Source: Felis catus (Eukaryota). From it: 64,000 nt of DNA. The first letter of the stretch is position 1. Every line of letters starts with the position of its first letter. Both the position numbers and the translations under genes were made by a program. The notes under the pieces are model-generated. The model had not been told where the DNA came from, did not search any database, and saw nothing but the letters and a program-made list of their open reading frames with translations. Shown here in pieces: positions 13,801 to 24,254 of this stretch. The stretch spans positions 54,810,001 through 54,874,000 of the forward strand of contig NC_058368.1 in the NCBI RefSeq assembly GCF_018350175.1, written 5' to 3'.

Positions 13801-14304
13801 AGTTGTTAGAGACTTTAGCCTAGCAATAGCAAAAGGTGGTGACCATAAGTAACATTTCACCACTAAGAAATTTATTTATCCATGTCTCTTCAGGGAAATG
13901 CTGACTTACAAAATATTTACTGTATATTTTGGAGTAATGTAGCCTTATACAGAAGAATTACTTAAATGAAGATATGTAACATATAAAACATTTATACATT
14001 CTACTTCTATGGGTCATCTATGGAAATTAAATAAAACAGGCGGGATCTTTCTTTTTTCATGTTTATTCAATATAAAAGAACAAAACACAAATATTTGGTG
14101 AAATAGTAATTTTAGACTATATCACTGGAAATGAATAAAAAGGAAGATTTTGTGGGGGAGCATTTTTATGTAGTGAATGGAGTATGCATCGTGCATGCGT
14201 GTAGACTATAGTAGTTTTGAATATGAATTTCACTAGCTTTCCTTGGTGCTGTAAATGCTGTGCATGCACTGTATTTGGGTACTTTTTTTGTCAAACAAAT
14301 ACAG

Positions 14305-14341
14305 ATGCACATCACAGCAAGTGAACTGCTCTTTCAATGTG
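14305..14341 (+). other. Candidate 37-nt exon (unverified)
   Basis: TACAG| acceptor after a 66-nt AG-free zone containing a T7 tract; GTG|GTGAGT donor; lies in apparently unique sequence. Confidence 0.3.
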
Positions 14342-14389
14342 GTGAGTATGAAGCTTTTTTATGATAGTGGTAATGATCCAGAACCGATT

Positions 14390-14720
14390 ATGACGTTGAT
14401 ACATTAAGCATTTCTTAGCAGTCAGCAGCTCTGTATCAAATTGAAGATTTTTTTTGTTTTCATAAGATCTTACTTGATTGAGGAGACTATAAAAGACATA
14501 CAGTACAACTGCTTTGTTTTCAGTGCCAATTTCTTTAAACTACATACTCTCTGCATGATTGAAAAGGGTAAAAGGGCCAGAGGTTAGTATTTTTAGTTGG
14601 CTCATCATGTCTACTGAAATGAGCATTATTAGCATATTATTCTTTAAAATCACACTATAAATAGAACGGAGGCTTGATTGCATGAACTTCATTTAAAATA
14701 CTACCCTGATGAGTCATGCT
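14390..14720. promoter_or_regulatory. Candidate enhancer (CRE half-site, MEF2, AP-1)
   Basis: TGACG 14391-14395; CTATAAATAG 14655-14664 (MEF2 consensus); TGAGTCA 14710-14716 (AP-1). Confidence 0.35.
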
Positions 14721-15044
14721 TGGTCAAACTCACTAAAAAGAATTCAAGAGCCAAGGACTCTAATGTGACAGAGTAGGTTTGGTTGTTTTTACAGTAATTA
14801 ATGCTGCCTCTTGTAACGGCTCACACTGTAATTTGCACATGCAGTGTTTTTGTTTGTTCATTTAAACTGTGGTTTTGAAAAAGTGTATATGTATAATAAA
14901 TTTCACTACTAGAGCAAATCTCTAAAACTTAAGCACATCTCCAAGCACCAAGTAAAAACCCTTGTTAATAACAACTCATTTCAAATGTCAGTAAATTGTA
15001 AGCAAGTGTGCTATGAACAAGTGATAGTCATGAGTAAATCTACC

Positions 15045-15861
15045 AGACTCATAGCCAATTTGGATTCCTCATCCCTCTGAATCAACGGGAAATAAGGAAG
15101 CTATGGAGATGGCTGGGATGATTATTTCTGACATCAAGAGGAAATTGGATTACTACTCCACAAGGGAGGTAAGGAGGTGTATGTCTGTAGTAATACAGAA
15201 CACCCCTTAGGGTGTCTTTTAGTATTGCCATGTACTATGAATGAGGTCAATAGAAAACTATAACAGTTCAACCCAAACAAGACTAATAATGGCCCACACC
15301 TTTCAGAATGAAGGCTTAGGTCACCCTACCAGGTAAAAAAGCAAAACTAGTTAAGGTACAGGTTAAAGGCAAAGAGAATACAGAAAGAGTAGTGAAAGAA
15401 GGTAGGTATAAATGCCAGTTATGACTACATAACCAGTTACAGAAATGAGGACATAATTATCATATTTCCCCCTACTTTCTATGAGGATGTGTGTGTATAT
15501 ATTTGTTTTATTTCCTCTCTTATTCCTTTATTATATAACATAAGATTATGGATTTTATATCATAGTATTTCAGTATTGTTCATTTTACACCATAGCTTTT
15601 AAATTACAGAGTATCAAGGAGAAGGGTAACATGGCTTCAGAATTTTACCCCCTCTTCTGGAGAAGGTGTTAGCACATTTATGGTTTATGTAGGATAGTTT
15701 GAATAATGTTAGGCAGAATAGTTGTGTCCTATATTGCTGTATCATGTTAGGCAGATAATGTATCATGTTAGGCCAAATGATGACCCTGTCATTGTCTTTA
15801 TTTGGAAATTAAATAAGTTGAGGGAGATATATATAGATATCAAATCAACAAAGGGTGGACC
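15045..15861 (+). mobile_element. ERVL internal 3' region with decayed dUTPase
   Basis: Frameshifted translation FGFLIPLNQ / MAGMIISD / QEEIGLLLHKGGKEVYV...PLGCLLVLPC...VNRKL*QFNPNKTNNGP matches the ERV-L dUTPase and downstream region; polypurine tract aagggtggac precedes the LTR. Confidence 0.85.
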
Positions 15862-16480
15862 TGTGATTTTATGTGTCAGTTTGGTCACAGGGTGCCCACA
15901 TTAACCTTTATTTCTAGATGTGTCTGAAAGTGTGTTTGTGGATGAGATTAGCCTTTGAATTACTTTATTCAACAAAATAGATTTTCCTCAATGAGGGTAA
16001 GCATCATCCAATCCCTGGAGGGCTTGAATAGGACAAGACAGAGGAAGGAGATATTTACCCATTTTTACTTCCTGCCTGCCTGCTTGAGTCATCTCATCTC
16101 TTCCAGACCTAGGACTTGGAGTAAACCATTGGATCCCTTGGTTGTTAAGCCTTCAGACTCAGACTACGCTGTACTGCCAACCTTCCTGAATTTCCAGTTT
16201 GCAGATGGCAAATTGTGGGACTTATCTACCTATATAATAATAATATACAGGGATATATAATATGAAGAATTGGTTTACTGGTATGTGTGTATGTTGTGTG
16301 TATGTATATGTGTATATATATGTATATATATGTGTGTATATATGTGTGTGTATATATGTGTGTATGTATGTGTATACATATATATACATACACACATATA
16401 AATGTATATAAGTGTGTACGTGTGTGTGTGTAGTGTGTAAATTTTGGTTTTGTTTGTCTGAAGAACCTTAATATAGCACA
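15862..16480 (+). mobile_element. MLT2-family ERVL 3' LTR with internal (TA/TG)n
   Basis: Starts TGTG after the PPT; tttatgtgtcag...gatgagattagcctttgaat...gcatcatccaatccctggagggcttgaataggacaa is typical of MLT2. Confidence 0.85.
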
Positions 16481-17154
16481 TAATAAAGGAAATGATAAAA
16501 GGAAAAATTAAGAATAAGGATGTGATAAGTATCAAATTATTATTACATTTAATCAATATAAAAAGAATTTGGAGAAGGAAGAGACATGGCTGGTTTTAAT
16601 ATTGAGATGGCTGCATAAAAATGGATTTGAAGTTGATGTTTAAGAAAGGGAAATAAAAAAGTTAAAATTATTAGAGTGAAAAAAAAATAGAAAAATCCCA
16701 AGAGCAGGAGAAGGCCTAATATGTGTGGAGAGAATAATGACATGCCTATGAGCACTGGACACAAATTGCCAATGTTGTAGGAAACCCTTGAATTTTAGAA
16801 ATAGGATTATATATTCAAAAATGATTTGTTTTGCTTTATTTTGATAAAGAACAACAAGCTAACCCTAGTCTGTTTTTGAAAAAAATAAATAAAAGATGCT
16901 CAGATGAACACACGTCAACAGAAAGAAAGATATTACTTGGTTCAGAAGCTTTGAAAGACTCACTAATACTATTGCTTGTTGGAAATCCTACTGAGCCAGG
17001 GAAGCTTTAAGTGTTCTTTGCTTTTTGTTGGCTGATTGAGAAAAACAGACTTAAAAATACCTTCTCAGAACCTGAAAAGGGGAATTTGCTTCAAATTCCA
17101 CAAATTGATATAAATCGAACCATATCCTGGGGATTCTGATAGTAAAGAATAATA

Positions 17155-17189
17155 GATCCATTGATGGTTGAATGGATAAAGAAGATGTG

Positions 17190-17238
<49 letters not shown>

Positions 17239-17623
17239 GGAGTATTATTCGGCAATCACAAAGAATGAAATCTTGCCATTTGCAACTATGTGGATGGAAC
17301 TAGAGAATATGATGCTAAGCAAAATTAGAGAAAGACAAATATCATATGACTTCACTCATGAGTGAAGTTTAAGATACAAAACAGATGAACATAAGGGAAA
17401 GGAAGCAAAAATAATATAAAAACAGGGAGGAGGACAAAACATAAGAGACTCTTAAATATGGAGAACAAAAAGAGGGTTACTGGAGGGGTTGTGGGGGAGA
17501 TTGGCTGAATGGGTAAGGGGCATTAATGAATCTATTCCTGAAATCATTGTTGCACTATATGCTAACTAACTTGGATGTAAATTAAAAAAATAAATAAAAT
17601 AACATAAAATAACATAAAATAAA
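17155..17623 (+). mobile_element. 5'-truncated carnivore L1 (ORF2 end + 3'UTR + A-rich tail)
   Basis: gaatggataaagaagatgtg...aagaatgaaatcttgccatttgcaac...; (TAAAA)n tail; short TSD AATAATAGA. Confidence 0.9.
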
Positions 17624-17949
17624 ATAATAATAGAATGGTTAGTGTATGGCATATGTGTTGGGGGGAATGGAGAGAAAGAGAGTGAACTGGAAAAGTAAGC
17701 AAGGGCTACAAATGAAGGGCCTTGTATGGGTTATCAAGGAGCAGGCCCTATCCTGAAGACAATGCAAAGCCTTTAAAATGTTTAAAATGGAGCATTAAAA
17801 TGATTCAGTTAGTGCTAAAAACAAAAAACAAAACAAAACAAATACATTGTGTACATATCCCTTCGGGATATTTAATTACATATGACATAGTAAACACAAG
17901 TATTTAATTCTTATAGTGGCTACAGATACTTATTCCAGATTTTCATTCC

Positions 17950-18220
17950 CCTGTACTGGTGCCCAGCACCATTATGTATGGCCTTATAGCCACACAATAT
18001 GCTTTGCCAATGGAATGTTAATACACTTGGCATGACTTGCTTTAATACACAGCGCCTTTATCAAGTATAAGAGACACTATGAGTTTTGAAGAGCAGAGTT
18101 ACCCACCCTCAGCCTGAAAATGAGATCCCACCTGACCTACAGATGTGTGCTTAAGAAATGTGTTTTTATTAAATATGCAGTTGACATTGTGTGGTTGTTT
18201 GCTGACAAACTACTACATAT
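17950..18220 (+). mobile_element. MLT1-like MaLR LTR relic
   Basis: gctttgccaatggaatgt...gacctacagatgtgtg...gtggttgtttgctgac, degenerate. Confidence 0.4.
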
Positions 18221-18559
18221 TCCTGATATAAAAATGACAGTAAACGAATAAAAGTAAAGGTCTACATCCAAATATGCAATAAGAATCAGAGGGAAAAATC
18301 ATCAACTGGAAGCTAGATATTAGATTAATGAATAGCCAGGGATTCAGCAGAGTGGAGGAAATGGAAATCTAAGAACTCACAGTAAGAGAAGTAAAAAAGA
18401 AAGATACATTGTAGGTTGGCAGACTGCAAAGCTTTACATAGTTTGATATTCAAATTTTGGGGGTTTTATTAATATACTTTCACTTAGTCAAATTTCCTTT
18501 ATATTTTTCACAGCGTTTCAGCATACTTCTTTATTTTGTTTGATAGAAATTCCCTTTTC

Positions 18560-19490
18560 GAGGAGTTCCGGCAAGATGGCGGCTTAGGAGGATGCTGGGC
18601 TCACCGCACGTCCTGCTGATCACTTAGATTCCACCTACACCTGCCTAAATAACCCAGAAAACTGCCAGAGGATTAGCAGAACGGAGTCGCTGGAGCCAAA
18701 CGCAGACGAGAGGCCCACGTAAGAGGGTAGGAAGGGCGGCGAGGCGGTGCGCGCTCCACGGACTGGCGGGAGGGAGCCGGGGCGGAGGGGCGGCTCGCCG
18801 GCCAAGCAGAGCCCCCGAGTCTGGCTTGCAAAAGCGGAGGGGCCTGACGGACTGTGTTCCCACCACAAGCGCGACATAGTATCTGGGAGGTCATAAGTTA
18901 ACAGCTCTGCTCGGGAAGCGGGAAGGCTGGAGGACAAAGGGAGGGAGAGCTGCTGAGCCCCCTGATGACAGAGCTCAGTTTGGTGGGGAACAAAGGCGCT
19001 CGCCAGCGCCATCTCCCCCGCTCATCCCCCAGCCAAAATCCCAAAGAGAACCAGTTCCTGCCAGGGAACTTGCTCGCTCTGCGCAAACACCCAACTCTGT
19101 GCTTCTGCGGAGCCAAACCTCCAGGAGTGGATCTGACTCCCTCCCGCTACCACAGGGCCCCTCCTGAAGTGGATCACCTAAGGAGAAGCGATCTAAGCCT
19201 GCCCCTCCTGCCCCTGTGCACCTTGCCTACCCACCCCAGCTAATACGCCAGATCCCCAGCATCACAAGCCTGGCAGTGTACAAGTAGCCCAGACGGGCCA
19301 CGCCACCCCACAGTGAATCCCGCCCCTAGGAGAGGGGAAGAGAAGGCACACACCAGTCTGACTGTGGCCCCAGCGGTGGGCTGGGGGCAGACATCAGGTC
19401 TGACTGTGGCCCCGCCCACCAACTCCAGTTATACACCACAGCACAGGGGAAGTGCCCTGCAGGTCCTCACCACGCCAGGGACTGTACAAA
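18560..19490 (+). promoter_or_regulatory. L1 5'UTR internal promoter, CpG-rich, with YY1 motif
   Basis: CAAGATGGCGGC at 18572-18583; high CpG density against an AT-rich background. Confidence 0.85.
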
Positions 19491-20384
19491 ATGACCAAGC
19501 GGAAGAATTCCCCTCAGAAGAATCTCCAGGAAATAACAACAGCTAATGAGCTGATCAAAAAGGATTTAAATAATATAACAGAAAGTGAATTTAGAATAAC
19601 AGTCATAAAATTAATCGCTGGGCTTGAAAACAGTATACAGGACAGCAGAGAATCTCTTGCTACAGAGATCAAGGGACTAAGGAACAGCCACAAGGAGCTG
19701 AAAAACGATTTAAACGAAATGCATAACAAAATGGAAACCACCACAGCTCGGCTTGAAGAGGCAGAGGAGAGAATAGGTGAACTAGAGAATAAAGTTATGG
19801 AAAAAGAGGAAGCTGAGAAAAAGAGAGATAAAAAAATCCAGGAGTATGAGGGGAAAATTAGAGAACTAAGTGATACACTAAAAAGAAATAATATACGCAT
19901 AATTGGTATCCCAGAGGAGGAAGAGAGAGGGAAAGGTGCTGAAGGGGTACTTGAAGAAATAATAGCTGAGAACTTCCCTGAACTGGGGAAGGAAAAAGGC
20001 ATTGAAATCCAAGAGGCACAGAGAACTCCCTTCAGGTGTAACTTGAATCGATCTTCTGCACAACATATCATAGTGAAACTGGCAAAATACAAGGATAAAG
20101 AGAAAATTCTGAAAGCAGCAAGGGGTAAACGTGCCCTCACATATAAAGGGAGACCTATAAGACTCGTGACTGATCTCTCTTTTGAAACTTGGCAGGCCAG
20201 AAAGAATTGGCACGAGATCTTCAGGGTGCTCGACAGAAAAAATATGCCGCCAAGAATCCTTTATCCAGCAAGTCTGTCATTTAGAATAGAAGGAGAGATA
20301 AAGGTCTTCCCAAACAAACAAAAACTGAAGGAATTTGTCACCACTAAACCAGCCCTACAAGAGATCCTAAGGGGGACCCTGTGA
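19491..20384 (+). CDS. L1 ORF1p (RNA-binding chaperone), intact, 297 aa
   Basis: MTKRKNSPQ...; coiled coil, RRM (NIRIIGIPE), CTD (YPASLSF, LKEFVTTKPALQEIL); first in-frame ATG at 19491. Confidence 0.95.
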   Translation: MTKRKNSPQKNLQEITTANELIKKDLNNITESEFRITVIKLIAGLENSIQDSRESLATEIKGLRNSHKELKNDLNEMHNKMETTTARLEEAEERIGELENKVMEKEEAEKKRDKKIQEYEGKIRELSDTLKRNNIRIIGIPEEEERGKGAEGVLEEIIAENFPELGKEKGIEIQEAQRTPFRCNLNRSSAQHIIVKLAKYKDKEKILKAARGKRALTYKGRPIRLVTDLSFETWQARKNWHEIFRVLDRKNMPPRILYPASLSFRIEGEIKVFPNKQKLKEFVTTKPALQEILRGTL

Positions 20385-20434
20385 GACTAAGTCCCAGAGA
20401 CATCACTACAAGCATAAAACATACAGACATCACA

Positions 20435-23400
20435 ATGACTCTAAACCCGTATGTTTCTATAATAACACTGAATGTAAATGGATTAAATGCGCCAACCAAA
20501 AGACATAGGGTATCAGAATGGAGAAAAAAACAAGACCCATCTATTTGCTGTCTACAAGAGACTCATTTTAGACCTGAGGACACCTTTAGATTGAGAGTGA
20601 GGGGATGGAGAACTATTGATCATGCGACTGGAAGCCAAAAGAAAGCTGGAGTAGCCATACTTATATCAGACAAACTAGACTTTAAAGTAAAGGCTGTAAC
20701 AAGAGATGAAGAAGGGCATTATATAATAGTTACAGGGTCTATCCATCAGGAAGAGCTAACAATTATGAATGTCTATGCGCCGAATACCGGAGCCCCCAAA
20801 TATATAAAACAATTACTCATAAACATAAGCAACCTTATTGATAAGAATGTGGTAATTGCAGGGGACTTGAACACCCCAGTTACAGAAATGGATAGATCAT
20901 CTAGACCCACGGTCAATAAAGAAACAAGGGCCCTGAATGAGACATTGGATCAGATGGACTTGACAGATATATTTAGAACTCTGCATCCCAAAGCAACAGA
21001 ATATACTTTCTTCTCGAGTGCACATGGAACATTCTCCAAGATAGATCATATACTGGGTCACAAAACAGCCCTTCATAAGTTTACAAGAATTGAAATTATA
21101 CCATGCATACTTTCAGACCACAATGCTATGAAGCTTGAAATCAACCACAGAAAAAAGTCTGGAAAACCTCCAAAAGCATGGAGGTTAAAGAACATCCTAC
21201 TAATGAATGAGTGGGTCAACCAGGCAATTAGAGAAGAAATTAAACAATATATGGAAACAAACGAAAATGAAAATACAACAATCCAAACGCTTTGGGATGC
21301 AGCGAAGGCAGTCCTGAGAGGAAAATACATTGCAATCCAGGCCTATCTCAAGAAACAAGAAAAATCCCAAATACAAAATCTAACAGCACACCTAAAGGAA
21401 CTAGAAGCAGCAAAGGCAGCCTAAACCCAGCAGAAGAAGAGAAATAATAAAGATCAGAGCAGAAATAAACAATATAGAATCTAAAAAAAACTGTAGAGCA
21501 GATCAACGAAACCAAGAGTTGGTTTTTTGAAAAAATAAACAAAATTGACAAACCTCTAGCCAGGCTTCTCAAGAAGAAAAGGGAGATGACCCAAATAGAT
21601 AAAATCATGAATGAAAATGGAATTATGACAACCAATCCCTCAGAGATACAAACAATTATCAGGGAATACTATGAAAAATTATATGCCAACAAATTGGACA
21701 ACCTGGAGGAAATGGACAAATTCCTGAACACCCACACTCTTCCAAAACTCAATCAGGAGGAAATAGAAAGCTTGAACAGACCCATAACCAGCGAAGAAAT
21801 TGAATCGGTTATCAAAAATCTCCCAACAAATAAGAGTCCAGGACCAGATGGCTTCCCAGGGGAGTTCTACCAGACGTTTAAAGCAGAGATAATACCTATC
21901 CTTCTCAAGCTATTCCGAGAAATAGAAAGGGAAGGAAAACTTCCAGACTCCTTCTATGAAGCCAGTATTACTTTGATTCCTAAACCAGACAGAGACCCAG
22001 TAAAAAAAGAGAACTACAGGCCAATATCCCTGATGAATATGGATGCAAAAATTCTCAATAAGATACTAGCAAATCGAATTCAACGGCATATAAAAAGAAC
22101 TATTCACCATGATCAAGTGGAATTCATTCCTGGGATGCAGGGCTGGTTCAACATTCGCAAATGAATCAACGTGATACATCACATTAACAAAAAAAAGAGA
22201 AGAACCATATGATCCTGTCAATCGATGCAGAAAAGGCCTTTGACAAAATCCAGCACCCTTTCTTAATAAAAACCCTTGAGAAAGTCGGGATAGAAGGAAC
22301 ATACTTAAACATCATAAAAGCCATTTATGAACAGCCCACAGCTAACATCATCCTCAACGGGGAAAAACGGAGAGCTTTTTCCCTGAGATCAGGAACACGA
22401 CAAGGATGCCCACTCTCACCGCTGCTGTTTAACATAGTGCTGGAAGTTCTAGCATCAGCAATCAGACAACAAAAGGAAATCAAAGGCATCCAAATTGGCA
22501 AAGATGAAGTCAAGCTTTCGCTTTTTGCAGATGACATGATATTGTACATGGAAAATCCGATAGACTCCACCAAAAGTCTGCTAGAACTGATATATGAATT
22601 CAGCAAAGTTGCAGGATACAAAATCAATGTACAGAAATCAGTTGCATTCTTATACACTAACAATGAAGCAACAGAAAGACAAATAAAGAAACTGATCCCA
22701 TTCACAATTGCACCAAGAAGCATAAAATACCTAGGAATAAATCTAACCAAAGATGTAAAGGATCTGTATGCTGAAAACTATAGAAAGCTTATGAAGGAAA
22801 TTGAAGAAGATTTAAAGAAATGGAAAGACATTCCCTGCTCATGGATTGGAACAATAAATATTGTCAAAATGTCAATACTACCCAAAGCTATCTACACATT
22901 CAATGCAATCCCAATCAAAATTGCACCAGCATTCTTCTCGAAGCTAGAACAAGCAATCCTAAAATTCATATGGAACCACAAAAGGCCCCGAATAGCCAAA
23001 GGAATTTTGAAGAAGAAGACCAAAGCAGGAGGCATCACAATCCCAGACTTTAGCCTCTACTACAAAGCTGTCATCATCAAGACAGCATGGTATTGGCACA
23101 AAAACAGACACATAGACCAATGGAATAGAATAGAAACCCCAGAACTAGACCCACAAACGTATGGCCAACTCATCTTTGACAAAGCAGGAAAGAACATCCA
23201 ATGGAAAAAAGACAGCCTCTTTAACAAATGGTGCTGGGAGAACTGGACAGCAACATGCAGAAGGTTGAAACTAGACCACTTTCTCACACCATTCACAAAA
23301 ATAAACTCAAAATGGATAAAGGACCTAAATGTGAGACAGGAAACCATCAAAACCTTAGAGGAGAAAGCAGGAAAAGACCTCTCTGACCTCAGCCGTAGCA

Positions 23401-24254
23401 ATCTCTTACTCGACACATCCCCAAAGGCAAGGGAATTAAAAGCAAAAGTGAATTACTGGGTCCTTATGAAGATAAAAAGCTTCTGCACAGCAAAGGAAAC
23501 AACCAACAAAACTAAAAGGCAACCAATGGAATGGGAAAAGATATTCGCAAATGACATATCGGACAAAGGGCTAGTATCCAAAATCTATAAAGAGCTCCCC
23601 AAACTCCACACCCGAAAAACAAATAACCCAGTGAAGAAATGGGCAGAAAACATGAATAGACACTTCTCTAAAGAAGACATCCGGATGGCCAACAGGCACA
23701 TGAAAAGATGTTCAGCGTCGCTCCTTATCAGGGAAATACAAATCAAAACCACACTCAGGTGTCACCTCACGCCAGTCAGAGTGGCCAAAATGAACAAATC
23801 AGGAGACTATAGATGCTGGAGAGGATGTGGAGAAACGGGAACCCTCTTGCACTGTTGGTGGGAATGCAAATTGGTGCAGCCGCTCTGGAAAGCAGTGTGG
23901 AGGTTCCTCAGAAAATTAAAAATAGACCTACGCTATGACCCAGCAATATCACTGCTAGGAATTTATCCAAGGGATACAGGAGTACTGATGCATAGGGCCA
24001 CTTGTACCCCAATGTTCATAGCAGCACTCTCAACAATAGCCAAATTATGGAAAGAGCCTAAATGTCCATCAACTGATGAATGGATAAAGAAATTGTGGTT
24101 TATATACACAATGGAATATTACGTGGCAATGAGAAAAAATGAAATATGGCCTTTTGTAGCAACGTGGATGGAACTGGAGAGTGTGATGCTAAGTGAAATA
24201 AGCCATACAGAGAAAGACAGATACCATATGGTCTCACTCTTATGTGGATCCTGA
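20435..24254 (+). pseudogene. L1 ORF2p (endonuclease / reverse transcriptase / CCHC), disrupted
   Basis: EN motifs NVNGLN, LQETH, GDLNT, IDH, SDH; RT FADD; CCHC CWRGC...HCWWEC. Broken by a frameshifting deletion at ~21410, +1 A at 21483-21490, TGA at 22162-22164 and -1 A at 22189-22196. Confidence 0.95.

Noticed and set aside
14706..14776. CTGATGA followed by a stem, suggesting a hammerhead ribozyme, SECIS or C/D snoRNA
   Set aside because: There is no GAAA after the putative stem II, no GA quartet partner directly 3' of the helix for a SECIS, and no properly placed CTGA D box with a terminal stem.
19514..23416. Long minus-strand ORFs (208, 141, 118, 111 aa) opposite L1 ORF1/ORF2
   Set aside because: These are antisense shadows of A-rich L1 coding sequence, with no independent coding signal.
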